Assembly (NCBI GenBank): GCA_023129165.1
Contig: JAGMCL010000039.1
Location: forward strand, 1,839-65,838
DNA from: a candidate division WOR-3 bacterium
GTDB lineage: Bacteria > Hydrothermota > UBA3073
Direction: 5' to 3'
Length of the DNA stretch: 64,000 nucleotides
Part shown: piece after piece, positions 18,829-29,194 of the stretch
How the letters are laid out: each line of letters opens with the position of its first letter
Position numbering within the stretch: position 1 is the stretch's first letter
The notes under the pieces: model-generated
What the model saw: the letters and a program-made list of their open reading frames with translations, nothing else
The model's database searches: none
Told to the model about the DNA's origin: nothing
Position numbers and translations under genes: made by a program

Positions 18829-21828
18829 CTATTTCATTAATACGAATTTTTTTGTTATCTTATACTTATCTGATACAAACTTTGCAAAATAGATTCCAGA
18901 TGGAAGATTCTTACTATTTAGTGTTATATTATGATAACCAACATCAAGTTTATTGTCTTCAAGTGTCTTTACTTCTTTTCCTAATACATCATAAATCTTG
19001 AGAGAAACTTTCTTCTTCTTTGGAACACAAATCCTGATAGTCATATCATTCATTGCTGGATTTGGGTATAAAGATAGAGAATGAATAAGAGGTGTATCCT
19101 CCAATGCAGTTTGTGAACCACCTTTATAATATATACGTCTGACAAGCCTTTCTTTAAATGCAACCTTATCCACATAAGTATATAACATCTGTAAATAGAC
19201 ATCAGTATACTCACCAGGTACTATAGTAGATCGGATGGCGATGTGAGGAGGCTTATTGGGAATAGGACCCTCTAGTTTGATACCATTAAGTAGGGATAGT
19301 GAAACCCAGTTTATTGCTTGCTCCGCTTTATAGCTATACCATACACCAGGATCAAAATATGTTGAAGTAAACGATAATAAATAAAGATAACCATTGTTCT
19401 TTGCCATATTGACCTGTTGTGGCTGATGTCCGTCTGGGTTATCTATCACTCTTACCCCCCAAGAGATACCCCCCATCGAGGTATCTGGATAGAACCCGTA
19501 GTATATTCTAAGAGGAGGACGTGGTTCGTGTAGGTCCTTTCCGATCCATACCATAGTAACATATTCTTCATTATCATGAGATATAGAAAATGGATCGCGC
19601 CTCGCTGAATAAAGTTCATCAACGAACCATGGACCTTGCCATTCATTAGCATGGGTTTTTGAGGCATACTTTAGGAAATCGTAGTCATAGTAGTCCTCAT
19701 ATTTCCTCCATAGTACTATTTTGTTATCATATACTTCTCTTCTTACAATTGACGGTTGTACGTATTCGGTCCAACCCGAACCATTTGAAATAAAGGTGCT
19801 GTCTAAAAAACTTTTGGCTGGTCTAAGAAGATAAATATATATTTCATGATATGTACCGTTTTTAGCATCAAACACAAGATCTGCTCCTCCAGAATATTTG
19901 TTTTCACACAGACTTGGATACCTTGCATTCCAAGAAGAAGGTACGTCAATAGTTGAGATAGAATTCCAACCGGTAGATGTGAGATAGCGGTATTTAATTG
20001 AGGTAAGTTCAGACCATGCTACTACTGGTCCGTAACCATAGAAATAAGAAAGCGCCGGATCTTGTGCAATATTCTCGTCATCAGATATCTGATAAGGCTC
20101 CGACCATGTTCTTCCATTGTCTAAAGACGAAATATACCATATCTTATTTTGATGCTGGTATACTGCATGTAAGCAACTATTTTTATCACGAAGCAGGTTC
20201 TTTCCGTTAACTCCTCCCGTTGTTCCAGTAAATGTAGGATTTAGCATTACTAATGCCTCATTGGAAAAGTCTGAACATCCTCCTCCATCAATCTCAGCAT
20301 ATACTCTGTAATAATAGTCATAACTGAATAATAAATCCTTTGTATCAGTGTAAGTAGTAACATTGGCGGGCACGCTACCAATAGTTTCCCATTCTCCACC
20401 TACTGGCTTCCTCTGAATTATGTAGTAATCCTCATAATTTGAGTTATCCTCCCAGTTAAGTACTACTTTATCATATGATACAACATCTGCAATGAGGTTG
20501 GTGGGGGCATGTAATATAATGACTGTAGCTGTGCCCTCAAAAGGAATATAATTGTTAGCAGTTACAGTTACAGACATATCACCTGATTGCTGTGGATATA
20601 TTGATAAATTCACTTCTCCTTGTGCATCTGTATATTCATATGCGTATATGTCCTCACCCATCATAAGGCAAACGAGTGCATTAGGCACAGGGGAGGAGTC
20701 ACCACTATTATGGACATTAACTGCAAAGATTAGGGTACCCAAAGCTATAATTTCTGGATATGATACTGTAAGAACTTCAGGTGTAAATGTCCAAAGATTT
20801 AATTCTGGATCACCAAGACAGATGAAACTGTTATAATGCTCTATACTATTGTATAAGTTATAAACTTTCTTTCGACCTTCCTCACAGGATAGGCCAAGAT
20901 TAAGTGAATGTTCGAACATCCCTTCAACAAAACCTCTCGCAAGTGCGCTTCTAAAACATGCCAAATCAACGCCAATAATTGTCGTTCCAGCAAATCCAAC
21001 AGCCCCTCTTGGTGAGTCTACTCCACCAGCCGTCAGAAGTTCATAGCCAATTCCATGACATGTAGCGCAGGTGGCTGACACTATAACCGGTAGTTTAAAT
21101 TCGCAGACCATATCATTTGGATCTATATCAAATGGTTGCCACCAATATGCGACAGACGATCCTCTAAACTGCACAAATGTCCTTCCATTTGTCACGGCAT
21201 CTTCTACATCATCTGCATTATCACCTTCTAATCCAGAGAAGGTGTCAATAAGGGTATAACCGCACTCTAACATTTTATCTATAGCAAAAAAAGCATCACC
21301 CCAATAGATATCATCATCACCACTTCCATCTAAATCTTCCCTCACTATAACTGTTCCCTGCCTAAACCAAAGTGGGTCGTCGATATAGGGTGTTTTCTCA
21401 TATCCTAGTGTCTTGGAAACCATTGTGCCTACATGATTCTCATGCACTGCAGGGAATCTACCCGGTATTATCTCATTGTAAAAGTCACTTTCTATATCTG
21501 TATAATAATTATCAGAATTAGGCGCACCACCATATTCCGGCATCTCTATTTTGCTGTCATCACCTACTAAAAGTAGATATTCCGGTTTTGTTTCCCATTC
21601 GTTGTAAGCAACTGTTATATATGTCCTTATCTGGGATGCAGAATTGCCTATCTCTGAAAGTTTTACGACCTTAGCCAACATACCCTTTTTTGTCTTCCAT
21701 TCCGCAAGTGGACAAATTGCTTCATATAAATCGTCGTGAGTAATTATAAGATACCTTGCTCCTTCTGAGAAACAAAATGAATAAAGTAATAATGAGAAAA
21801 GAGCACAAGTTCTAAGTAGATTTTTCAT
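18829..21828 (-). CDS. Gingipain-like C25 family cysteine peptidase with a T9SS C-terminal sorting domain.
   Basis: Signal peptide. N-terminal C25 propeptide/catalytic-domain pattern (YLIITHDDLYEAICPLAEWKTKKGMLAKVVKLSEIG...YLLLVGDDSKIEMPEYGG). Cys/His-containing core. C-terminal CTD (LYPNPAMNDMTIRI...SLKIYDVLGKEVKTLED...GIYFAKFVSDKYKITKKFVLMK). Confidence 0.65.
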   Translation of the reverse strand: MKNLLRTCALFSLLLYSFCFSEGARYLIITHDDLYEAICPLAEWKTKKGMLAKVVKLSEIGNSASQIRTYITVAYNEWETKPEYLLLVGDDSKIEMPEYGGAPNSDNYYTDIESDFYNEIIPGRFPAVHENHVGTMVSKTLGYEKTPYIDDPLWFRQGTVIVREDLDGSGDDDIYWGDAFFAIDKMLECGYTLIDTFSGLEGDNADDVEDAVTNGRTFVQFRGSSVAYWWQPFDIDPNDMVCEFKLPVIVSATCATCHGIGYELLTAGGVDSPRGAVGFAGTTIIGVDLACFRSALARGFVEGMFEHSLNLGLSCEEGRKKVYNLYNSIEHYNSFICLGDPELNLWTFTPEVLTVSYPEIIALGTLIFAVNVHNSGDSSPVPNALVCLMMGEDIYAYEYTDAQGEVNLSIYPQQSGDMSVTVTANNYIPFEGTATVIILHAPTNLIADVVSYDKVVLNWEDNSNYEDYYIIQRKPVGGEWETIGSVPANVTTYTDTKDLLFSYDYYYRVYAEIDGGGCSDFSNEALVMLNPTFTGTTGGVNGKNLLRDKNSCLHAVYQHQNKIWYISSLDNGRTWSEPYQISDDENIAQDPALSYFYGYGPVVAWSELTSIKYRYLTSTGWNSISTIDVPSSWNARYPSLCENKYSGGADLVFDAKNGTYHEIYIYLLRPAKSFLDSTFISNGSGWTEYVQPSIVRREVYDNKIVLWRKYEDYYDYDFLKYASKTHANEWQGPWFVDELYSARRDPFSISHDNEEYVTMVWIGKDLHEPRPPLRIYYGFYPDTSMGGISWGVRVIDNPDGHQPQQVNMAKNNGYLYLLSFTSTYFDPGVWYSYKAEQAINWVSLSLLNGIKLEGPIPNKPPHIAIRSTIVPGEYTDVYLQMLYTYVDKVAFKERLVRRIYYKGGSQTALEDTPLIHSLSLYPNPAMNDMTIRICVPKKKKVSLKIYDVLGKEVKTLEDNKLDVGYHNITLNSKNLPSGIYFAKFVSDKYKITKKFVLMK

Positions 21829-22267
21829 AAATACCCCCATTTTACTGTGAATTTAATCACAACTAAAACATCCTCAATAATATAATACAATCTCTACCCA
21901 GCAGTGAGCAGCGCAAGCTTTATGTTTACTTTATTGTAAAGATGAAGCTTTACCCTACAGTTTGCTCTGATATAGATATTATACTACAAAAGTGATGATT
22001 TGTCAAGTAAAACATTTTAAAATTCAATACTTATTGAAGTTAAAAATTACTTTTTACAACTTAAAGCATAATTTGGGACATTGTCTAACAATGAACGTCA
22101 TTGTGTTTATAAAAACGATTTTATTTAACAGGCTTTATCAATGCACTAAAATAACAATGCATTTGAGAGACGAAATCAGATACATTTGTAGCTTAAAAGA
22201 AGGTATAAGATTAGTCTTGTGAGAGGTCACAACATCTGTGGTTAAGTTTATTACAATAAACGTAAAT

Positions 22268-22301
22268 AAAAGAGGGGGGCATACTCTATGCCCCCCTCTT
22301 T
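22268..22301 (-). terminator. Strong hairpin terminator after the lipoprotein gene.
   Basis: aaagaggggggcat-actct-atgcccccctcttt forms a 14 bp perfect stem. It lies 19 nt downstream of the minus-strand gene ending at 22320. Confidence 0.6.
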
Positions 22302-22319
22302 ATCTGTTGGTGTAATGTG

Positions 22320-23138
22320 TCATTCAACCCTGTAAGGTAATATCCATGCATTTGAGTCATACGGATATTCACTGTCTAGCAAAGTAGGTTGTGCAATCAT
22401 GTCTATGGCTATATGGTGAACTCCATCCCTGGCACAGAGACACCAACCATGATATGTGCCATTGCCGTACTGGAGTCTCCAGCGATGTGGATGGCCATAT
22501 TTTGGTGTGTGGAGAAATACAAATGCCGGGACATCGTTCGTATATACGGTAATAATCAATTCCTCATTTGGGCTGAATGTGAGAACCTCATCCCTATTCT
22601 GTAATTCAAGAGGGTCGGTTATCATTTCTATATTACCATTCCATTCGATCTGTATACTGTCGATATCTACTGTGTTTGTATCTGATATTACCTCTATGCC
22701 AGAAAGTGCATATAATCTCCATCCTCTGAAGTATGAGGGTAAAGTATCCTTTTTAAAGATTGCATACCTTTTACCATAGTCTATATAGGGCTTTTTATAT
22801 AGTGTGATTGTAGTATCACCGAAGCTATCTACTGCCTGGATGAACAAGGTGTCGTATATGGTTGTATTTATCTCTACGAAAGCAGAATCATCAACTATAG
22901 TGATATAGATTTCACGTTCAATTTTTGCAGGTCTTCCCCTCCACCAGAATATTGGTAGTATATCATCCTTGGTATCCTCTGCTTCTTCGTTACCGTAATG
23001 CTCATCTGTGGTCAGGTATGCGGAACTTTCTATTAGCGATTCTAATGCAGCCCTGTCCTGATCAACCCCTTCAAGTCCCTGTTTACCACACCCAAAAATT
23101 AGAACTATGGGTATTATTAGCAGCAGCAACCATTTCAT
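22320..23138 (-). CDS. Hypothetical lipoprotein.
   Basis: Lipobox LIFGCGKQ after MKWLLLLIIPIV. No recognisable domain. A strong terminator hairpin follows at 22268-22301. Confidence 0.4.
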   Translation of the reverse strand: MKWLLLLIIPIVLIFGCGKQGLEGVDQDRAALESLIESSAYLTTDEHYGNEEAEDTKDDILPIFWWRGRPAKIEREIYITIVDDSAFVEINTTIYDTLFIQAVDSFGDTTITLYKKPYIDYGKRYAIFKKDTLPSYFRGWRLYALSGIEVISDTNTVDIDSIQIEWNGNIEMITDPLELQNRDEVLTFSPNEELIITVYTNDVPAFVFLHTPKYGHPHRWRLQYGNGTYHGWCLCARDGVHHIAIDMIAQPTLLDSEYPYDSNAWILPYRVE

Positions 23139-23483
23139 ATAACCTCCTTTTGATAAAAACATAATAAAAAAATAAATCCATTAGACAGATTAACAATTTT
23201 TAAGTCTTCATTTATATAAACGAGGAACTATTGTCTTTATTTTGTTTTTTTGTTACAAGAAACTATTATTTAACAGGGACTTGCCCGTCAGCTGACGGGC
23301 AGGTAAGAGACTTTCAGGAGACTAATATATGGATTGTTACCTCAACAGAGTAAGTATAACTACAATATGCTATGAATAATTACGATAACTCCTTATAACA
23401 GCGTAAACGCTGTCACTCCGCATATTGTGGGAATACCCTTAGGGTGGTAGACTTTAGACTGTTAAAGAGGAGGGTGATAGGAA

Positions 23484-24524
23484 TTATTCCTTCTTTTTAT
23501 TCATATGTATTGTCCTTATAGGAAATGGTATTTCAATTCCTTCTTCGTTATATTTTTTATGGAGTTTCTTTATAAACTCATGTTTTAGGATATACTTGTC
23601 GAGGAACTCCCTGACACGCATTATAACACTGAAGTTGATGCTGAAATCGTCAAATGTATGGTATCGAATGAAGGGTGTAAATTCAGAAACACCGCCATGA
23701 ACTTCTTCCATTACCTCCTTTGCTATATCAATTGTTACCCTTTCAACCTTAGCAAGGTCACTATCATAACTTACTCCAACCTGAACAATTACTGACATCT
23801 CTCTTGCTGGTTGGTTGTAGTTTATAACTATTGTTGATGCCAACTTAGAGTTTGGGACTATGACCATATTATTTGGGAGTGCTCTGATTGTGGTGTTTCT
23901 CCATGTTACATCTGTAACGTAACCTTCTTGACCGGTTTCAAGCTGTATGTAGTCCCCTGGTTTCACCTGTCTTGATATTAATATCTGTAATCCAGAAAAG
24001 AGGTTTGAGAGTGTGTCTTGAAGTGCAAGGGCTACTGCGAGCCCACCGATTCCTAAAGCAGTAATAAGAGGTGTTATTGAAACTCCAAGTGATTGGAGTA
24101 TGATTAGTATTCCTATTACAAAAACCAAAATCCTTGTTATATTTACAAATATTGAACTCTGGGGTAATAAACCTTCTGTTTTCTTACTATATACATTGAC
24201 AAAACCAGATGCAAGTCTTGCTAAAACAATGGTCCCTGATATTATAATGATTACCAATAGGATTTTCTGCAGTATATTCAATATATCAGGCCTAATTGAT
24301 GTTCTTAGTATCGCAACATAAATACCTGCAAGAACAAACCAGAGGATGCTAACTCCTCGAAGCGAACCAATGATTATTTCATCATAACTCCATCTTGTCC
24401 TTTTAGCAATTTTTCTAATCCTGGTTAAGATAAACTTTTCAAAGATAAATCCGAGTATAAGTGCTCCCACTATTATAGAAGCTGGTATTATAAATTGTAT
24501 TAATTTAAGAATTTCTTCATTCAT
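23484..24524 (-). CDS. Small-conductance mechanosensitive channel (MscS family).
   Basis: Multiple N-terminal TM helices. Conserved MscS beta-domain segment VKPGDYIQLETGQEGYVTDVTWRNTTIRALPNNMVIVPNSKLASTIVINYNQP. Confidence 0.8.
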   Translation of the reverse strand: MNEEILKLIQFIIPASIIVGALILGFIFEKFILTRIRKIAKRTRWSYDEIIIGSLRGVSILWFVLAGIYVAILRTSIRPDILNILQKILLVIIIISGTIVLARLASGFVNVYSKKTEGLLPQSSIFVNITRILVFVIGILIILQSLGVSITPLITALGIGGLAVALALQDTLSNLFSGLQILISRQVKPGDYIQLETGQEGYVTDVTWRNTTIRALPNNMVIVPNSKLASTIVINYNQPAREMSVIVQVGVSYDSDLAKVERVTIDIAKEVMEEVHGGVSEFTPFIRYHTFDDFSINFSVIMRVREFLDKYILKHEFIKKLHKKYNEEGIEIPFPIRTIHMNKKKE

Positions 24525-24672
24525 AACAACTCCTGGTTTGATAGAATGGCTTCTTTATGAAAATTTAATTCTATATATAAACCAAATAATTCCTATTTTA
24601 TTTTTTTATCTCTTATGTTCTCTTTAAATCCCTGTCGTTTTTTTTCTTTTATATTTTTTAAAAAGGCTGGTT

Positions 24673-27594
24673 TTACTGGCTTGATTCTATGAGTTCCTTA
24701 ATAATTTTTAACAGCTCTGATAAGGCATAGGGCTTGTTAATGAATCGAAAATTACTCTCGCGGATTTTGGACAATTGTGATAGTTGTTCGGTGTAACCAC
24801 TACACAATAAAGCTGGTATTTTTGGATTGGAAGATTGTATCTGCTCAACCAGTTCAATACCATTTATATCTGGCAGAACCACATCGCTGAAAATTAGTTG
24901 GAAATTCTCTTGCTCTCTTTTAAAAATTTCTAGCGCTTTTTTTGCATCAGCAGCCTCAAATATCGTATAACCATGTTCTCTAAGCCCTCCCACTGCAAAT
25001 TCACGTACAATATTATTATCTTCGATTAGAAGAATCCGTTTACCTTTACCATGGAGTTCTATTAGTGGGATTTTAACCCTTGCTTTTTTTAAGGTCTCAT
25101 CTGGAAACGCTGGCAGGTAGACCTTGAATGTACTTCCCTTATCGGATTTACTGTAGACATTTATCCAGCCATCGTGTTGTTTAATAATACCGTATGCAAC
25201 AGATAAGCCAAGACCTGTTCCCTTTCCAGATTCTTTCGTGCTAAAGAAAGGTATAAAAATATGGTCAATAATATCTTTATCAATACCCAATCCTGTATCA
25301 GAAACTGATAGACAGACAAATTTACCCATCCTGGATTCAGGGATATTTTTAGATTGCTTTATATTTATTTTTACATTTTCTGTTTTAATCATCAACTTAC
25401 CTCCATTTGGCATGGCATCTCTGGCATTAAGTGCTAAATTCATAATAACTTGTTCTATATTTGCTACATCTGCCTTTATATTCCAGATATTAGAATCCTG
25501 TTTGGTTTTAATATCGATAGTCTCGGTTATAACGCGAGAGAGCATATTTATCAAACCATTAACTGTTTGGTTAATGTTAATCAGGGAGAGTTTCATTGGC
25601 TGTTTACGACTAAAAAGGAGTAATTGACGGGTTAGACCGGCTGCACGTATTGAGGCCCGGTGTATATTTTTTAGATATTTATGCAAGGGATTTTTCTCTT
25701 CAACCTTCATCAACATCAGGTCAGTATAACCCTGAATAGCAGTAAGTAAGTTGTTAAAATCATGGGCAACACCTCCTGCAAGTGTTCCTATAGCTTCCAT
25801 CTTTTGAACCTGTAGAAGTTGTGTATGCATCCTTTCTTTCTCCTTTTCTGCCTTTTTACGCTCAGTGAATTCTTCTATAAGTTGATCAATGGCTTTACTG
25901 AGTTTGGAGGTACGCTCTTCTACTCTTGTCTCAAGCTCTTCTTTAGTTTTTTGTAGTAACTCTTCGGCTTGCTTCTGTTGGGTTATATCTTTGTATAAGA
26001 CCATAACACCAATAAGATCACCTTCAATTGTGATAGGCGCTGCCGATATAGAAACAGGAACTAAAGAACCGTTTTTCTTTTGTCTAAAAGTATCGTGTGA
26101 TACATAACCTGTAACAGATTTTTTATCTAACAACTTTGCTTCTTTCATCCTTTTTTTCTGAACTATCATGTCATTAATGTATTTGCTTTTTAGTTCATCT
26201 ACACTATATCCGAAAAGTTCACAGAAGCGGGGATTAACATTAAGTATTTTACCATCCGGGTTTATGTAAACTGAAGCCTCGGGATTGTTCATAAACAACC
26301 TCTGGAATTTTTCTCGGCTTTCCCGAATAGCTTTTTCTGCCTTCTTTCGCTCAATAGCCATTGCAATTTGCGTCGAAACAAACGTAAGTATATTTTTATC
26401 TTCATCCCCATATATGATGTCTTTTGTATAGCTCTGAACAGCAAGAACACCAATAGTCCTATCTTTTGTCTTTAAGGGTACGCCGAGCCAGTAAAAGGAA
26501 TGCTTACCAATAAGGTCAATTTTCCCTTCCTTTGCAAGCCTATTATACACATTTGGTGAAGCCAGTAGGGGCTTTTCAGTTTTAAAAACATACTCTGTTA
26601 ATCCCTTGCCCATTTTTTTGATAGGAGGTTGTAAATCGTATTCATCGACATAGTAAGGAGAACTAAGCATATCATTATCATCATAAAGGGCAATATAGAA
26701 ATTTTCTGCTGGCATTAATTCACATATGGTTTTATGAATTGTCTTGTATAACTCTCCCATGTCTGTGGTAGATAATACCGCTCTTGATATCCTGTTGATT
26801 GAACTACGGAGTTTTTCTGCACGTTTTTGTTCTATTTTCTCCTCTGCTCTTTTACGTTCAGTTATGTCTGTTACAATTCCCCGGGTATGAGGTTTACCTT
26901 CGTACATCACCCTGGTTAATGATAATTCCAGGAAAATATCTTTTCCGTCTATTCTTTTTGCTCTCACATCATATCTGTATTCAGATATTTTATCCTTAAG
27001 AGTCCTTTGTATATCCTTTTGTATTTTTTTTGCAGTTTTACTCTCTATGAATTCAAGGAAATTTTTATTTTTAAGTTCCGAAAAGGTTTTTACTCCTAAG
27101 GTTTTTAGTAATGTAGAATTTGTATAGACAAATTTAAAGTTGAAAGCAAGAAATATTCCTTCCATTGATTGCTCTACAAGTATATGGTATTTTTCCTCAC
27201 TGTCCCTTAACTTTTTGTTAAACTTATATTTATAAAGAGCCATTTCAATTGTAAAGTATAGTTCTTTTTCTTCGAAGGGTTTATGTATATATCCAAATGG
27301 TCCTGTTATTTTTGCTCTTTCGAGGGTTTTGTCTTCTGTATATGCTGTTAGATATACAATAGGAATATCGAAATGAGTGTTTAGGTAGTTAGCAGTTTCT
27401 ATACAATCCATTACTCCTTCGAGAACAATATCCATAAGTATCAAATCAGGGCGTGTCTCTTTAACCTTTGCAACAGCTTCTTCTCCTGTATAGGCAATAG
27501 CTGAAACAGTATATCCAAGATTTTCTAGTGTGTTTTTTATGTCCTTTGCAACTATACTTTCATCTTCTACGACTAATATTTTAGTCTTTGACAT
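24673..27594 (-). CDS. Hybrid sensor histidine kinase: REC-PAS-GAF-PAS-HisKA-HATPase-REC.
   Basis: N-terminal receiver (KILVVEDESIVAKDI...DLILMDIVLEG). PAS/GAF-like segments. H-box VAHDFNNLLTAI. GHKL ATPase G-boxes (DTGLGI, GKGTGLGLS). C-terminal receiver (KRILLIEDNNIVREF...LIFSDVVLPDINGIEL). Confidence 0.8.
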   Translation of the reverse strand: MSKTKILVVEDESIVAKDIKNTLENLGYTVSAIAYTGEEAVAKVKETRPDLILMDIVLEGVMDCIETANYLNTHFDIPIVYLTAYTEDKTLERAKITGPFGYIHKPFEEKELYFTIEMALYKYKFNKKLRDSEEKYHILVEQSMEGIFLAFNFKFVYTNSTLLKTLGVKTFSELKNKNFLEFIESKTAKKIQKDIQRTLKDKISEYRYDVRAKRIDGKDIFLELSLTRVMYEGKPHTRGIVTDITERKRAEEKIEQKRAEKLRSSINRISRAVLSTTDMGELYKTIHKTICELMPAENFYIALYDDNDMLSSPYYVDEYDLQPPIKKMGKGLTEYVFKTEKPLLASPNVYNRLAKEGKIDLIGKHSFYWLGVPLKTKDRTIGVLAVQSYTKDIIYGDEDKNILTFVSTQIAMAIERKKAEKAIRESREKFQRLFMNNPEASVYINPDGKILNVNPRFCELFGYSVDELKSKYINDMIVQKKRMKEAKLLDKKSVTGYVSHDTFRQKKNGSLVPVSISAAPITIEGDLIGVMVLYKDITQQKQAEELLQKTKEELETRVEERTSKLSKAIDQLIEEFTERKKAEKEKERMHTQLLQVQKMEAIGTLAGGVAHDFNNLLTAIQGYTDLMLMKVEEKNPLHKYLKNIHRASIRAAGLTRQLLLFSRKQPMKLSLININQTVNGLINMLSRVITETIDIKTKQDSNIWNIKADVANIEQVIMNLALNARDAMPNGGKLMIKTENVKINIKQSKNIPESRMGKFVCLSVSDTGLGIDKDIIDHIFIPFFSTKESGKGTGLGLSVAYGIIKQHDGWINVYSKSDKGSTFKVYLPAFPDETLKKARVKIPLIELHGKGKRILLIEDNNIVREFAVGGLREHGYTIFEAADAKKALEIFKREQENFQLIFSDVVLPDINGIELVEQIQSSNPKIPALLCSGYTEQLSQLSKIRESNFRFINKPYALSELLKIIKELIESSQ

Positions 27595-27622
27595 TTTGAA
27601 TTCCCCACTTTAATATTTATTA

Positions 27623-28024
27623 TCAACCAATTCTTCTTGTTGCTATCAAGAATTTCTCTCCCCCAACTCCTCTACCAATATCCATTATCTGGACGAGCTT
27701 ATCAATGGTTACAGATTTATCTGCCCTTATGATTACTATCTTCTCATCACTTTCCTTTATCAAAGTTTCCAGTTGTGTAGAAAGGTCATTTAATGTTACC
27801 TCTTTGTCATTCAAATACAGTTTGCCTTCAGCGCTTATGGTGACCTGTATATCTTTCATTGAAACCACATCACTCGTATATGCTCGTGGGAGTTTAACTC
27901 TAATACCAGGTTCGAGTACATATGTAGATGTGAGCAGGAAGAATATGAGGAGAAGAAATATAATGTCAGCAAGGGAAACAGGAGAGAATGCAGACAATTT
28001 TTTATGATGTAGTTCTATATTCAT
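27623..28024 (-). CDS. exbD: Biopolymer transport protein ExbD/TolR. Start taken at the internal MNIELHH, which has a GGAGG RBS.
   Basis: Single N-terminal TM (ADIIFLLLIFFLLTSTYV), then a periplasmic domain with the ExbD pattern (IRVKLPRA...ISAEGKLYLNDKEV...VIIRADKSV). Confidence 0.7.
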   Translation of the reverse strand: MNIELHHKKLSAFSPVSLADIIFLLLIFFLLTSTYVLEPGIRVKLPRAYTSDVVSMKDIQVTISAEGKLYLNDKEVTLNDLSTQLETLIKESDEKIVIIRADKSVTIDKLVQIMDIGRGVGGEKFLIATRRIG

Positions 28025-28285
28025 AAAACCTCCATAAACCAAAGTAGTTATTGTCAAAAATCTAACCACAGATTAACCCTGTTAAATATCTTAACGATTA
28101 ATGTCAGAAGGCTACAGTAAACGTTTCTATTAAACAGGGTGAACCCTGTCAAATATTTACAAAATTAAGTACAAGTAATCATCTCTGGTACTTTATCTAA
28201 CAGGGGAGCCACAGGGAATTAATTTTATTTGTGAGATTCAATGAACTTAGCTCCCATTAGTAAAGCTCACTGGTTCTATTGCCTG

Positions 28286-28885
28286 TTACATTTTTTGAAT
28301 CATTATGCTTGATATAGCATCAGTGTTTGTTTCGATCTCCTCTTTTATGCTTTGTATCCTTCCAATAAAGTAGTTATAAAAAATATAGGATATTATACCC
28401 ACCCCAAGACCAACGGCTGTAGTTATCAGGGCTTCCCAAATTCCTCCTGCAAGTACTGATGCATTCACATTTCCCCCCAGTCGTTCAACCTGCATAAAGG
28501 CCCTTATCATCCCAGTTACAGTTCCAAGAAATCCAAGAAGGGGGGAGACACCAGCAACTGTTGCAAGGCCGGTGAGATATCTTTCAAAGGCTAAAATTTC
28601 CTTCTTTGCTTCAGTCTCCATTATCTTCTCTTTTTCCTGTTCAGATTTAAGACCAGCATATATTATTCTTGTCAGGGGAGTATCGGTTTTGTGGCAGATT
28701 TGTATAATGGATTCGATGTCGCCATCCCTAAGTCTCGACTTGCATCTATTGAATACATCTCTGGGTGTTCTTGTTTTTCGATAGTATATAAATCTTTCTA
28801 TAATTATAGCTATGCCAAAAAGTGAAGCGATGGCTATAGGTATCATCATGTAACCACCCTTTATCAAAATTTCCAGTAGATTCAT
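28286..28885 (-). CDS. exbB: MotA/TolQ/ExbB proton-channel family protein.
   Basis: Three TM helices and the conserved TolQ/ExbB C-terminal region (TVAGVSPLLGFLGTVTGMIRAF...LAGGIWEALITTAVGLGVGI). Confidence 0.75.
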   Translation of the reverse strand: MNLLEILIKGGYMMIPIAIASLFGIAIIIERFIYYRKTRTPRDVFNRCKSRLRDGDIESIIQICHKTDTPLTRIIYAGLKSEQEKEKIMETEAKKEILAFERYLTGLATVAGVSPLLGFLGTVTGMIRAFMQVERLGGNVNASVLAGGIWEALITTAVGLGVGIISYIFYNYFIGRIQSIKEEIETNTDAISSIMIQKM

Positions 28886-29194
28886 ATCAACCTCCCTTTT
28901 AGAACAGTAAAATGCTTTTTTCGAGTTTCGTTATTAGTGCTATGTTAGCAAAGCTAATTTCGCTTTTTTATGAGTATGGTAGGCGCAGGCTTCAGCCTGC
29001 GAATTACAACGCAACCTGAAGGTTGCGGCTACCTCTAAAATGTAACATACCTTACTTTACACAGTACCAGCTTCCACACCGTTTACCCTGTTAAATAATA
29101 TAACAATAAATGTCAGGGTTCCACAGTAACCGCTTCTATTTAGCGGGGTGACCCGAGTTTCGATATACTAAGTTGTATAAAGGTTTAATTTTGT

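Noticed and set aside
28940-29040. Two adjacent 7 bp hairpins (CGCAGGC-ttca-GCCTGCG and CGCAACC-tgaa-GGTTGCG) downstream of prfB, as a rho-independent terminator.
   Set aside because: There is no U-tract immediately following on the prfB strand. They may still be RNA-stability or REP-like elements, but I do not call a terminator.
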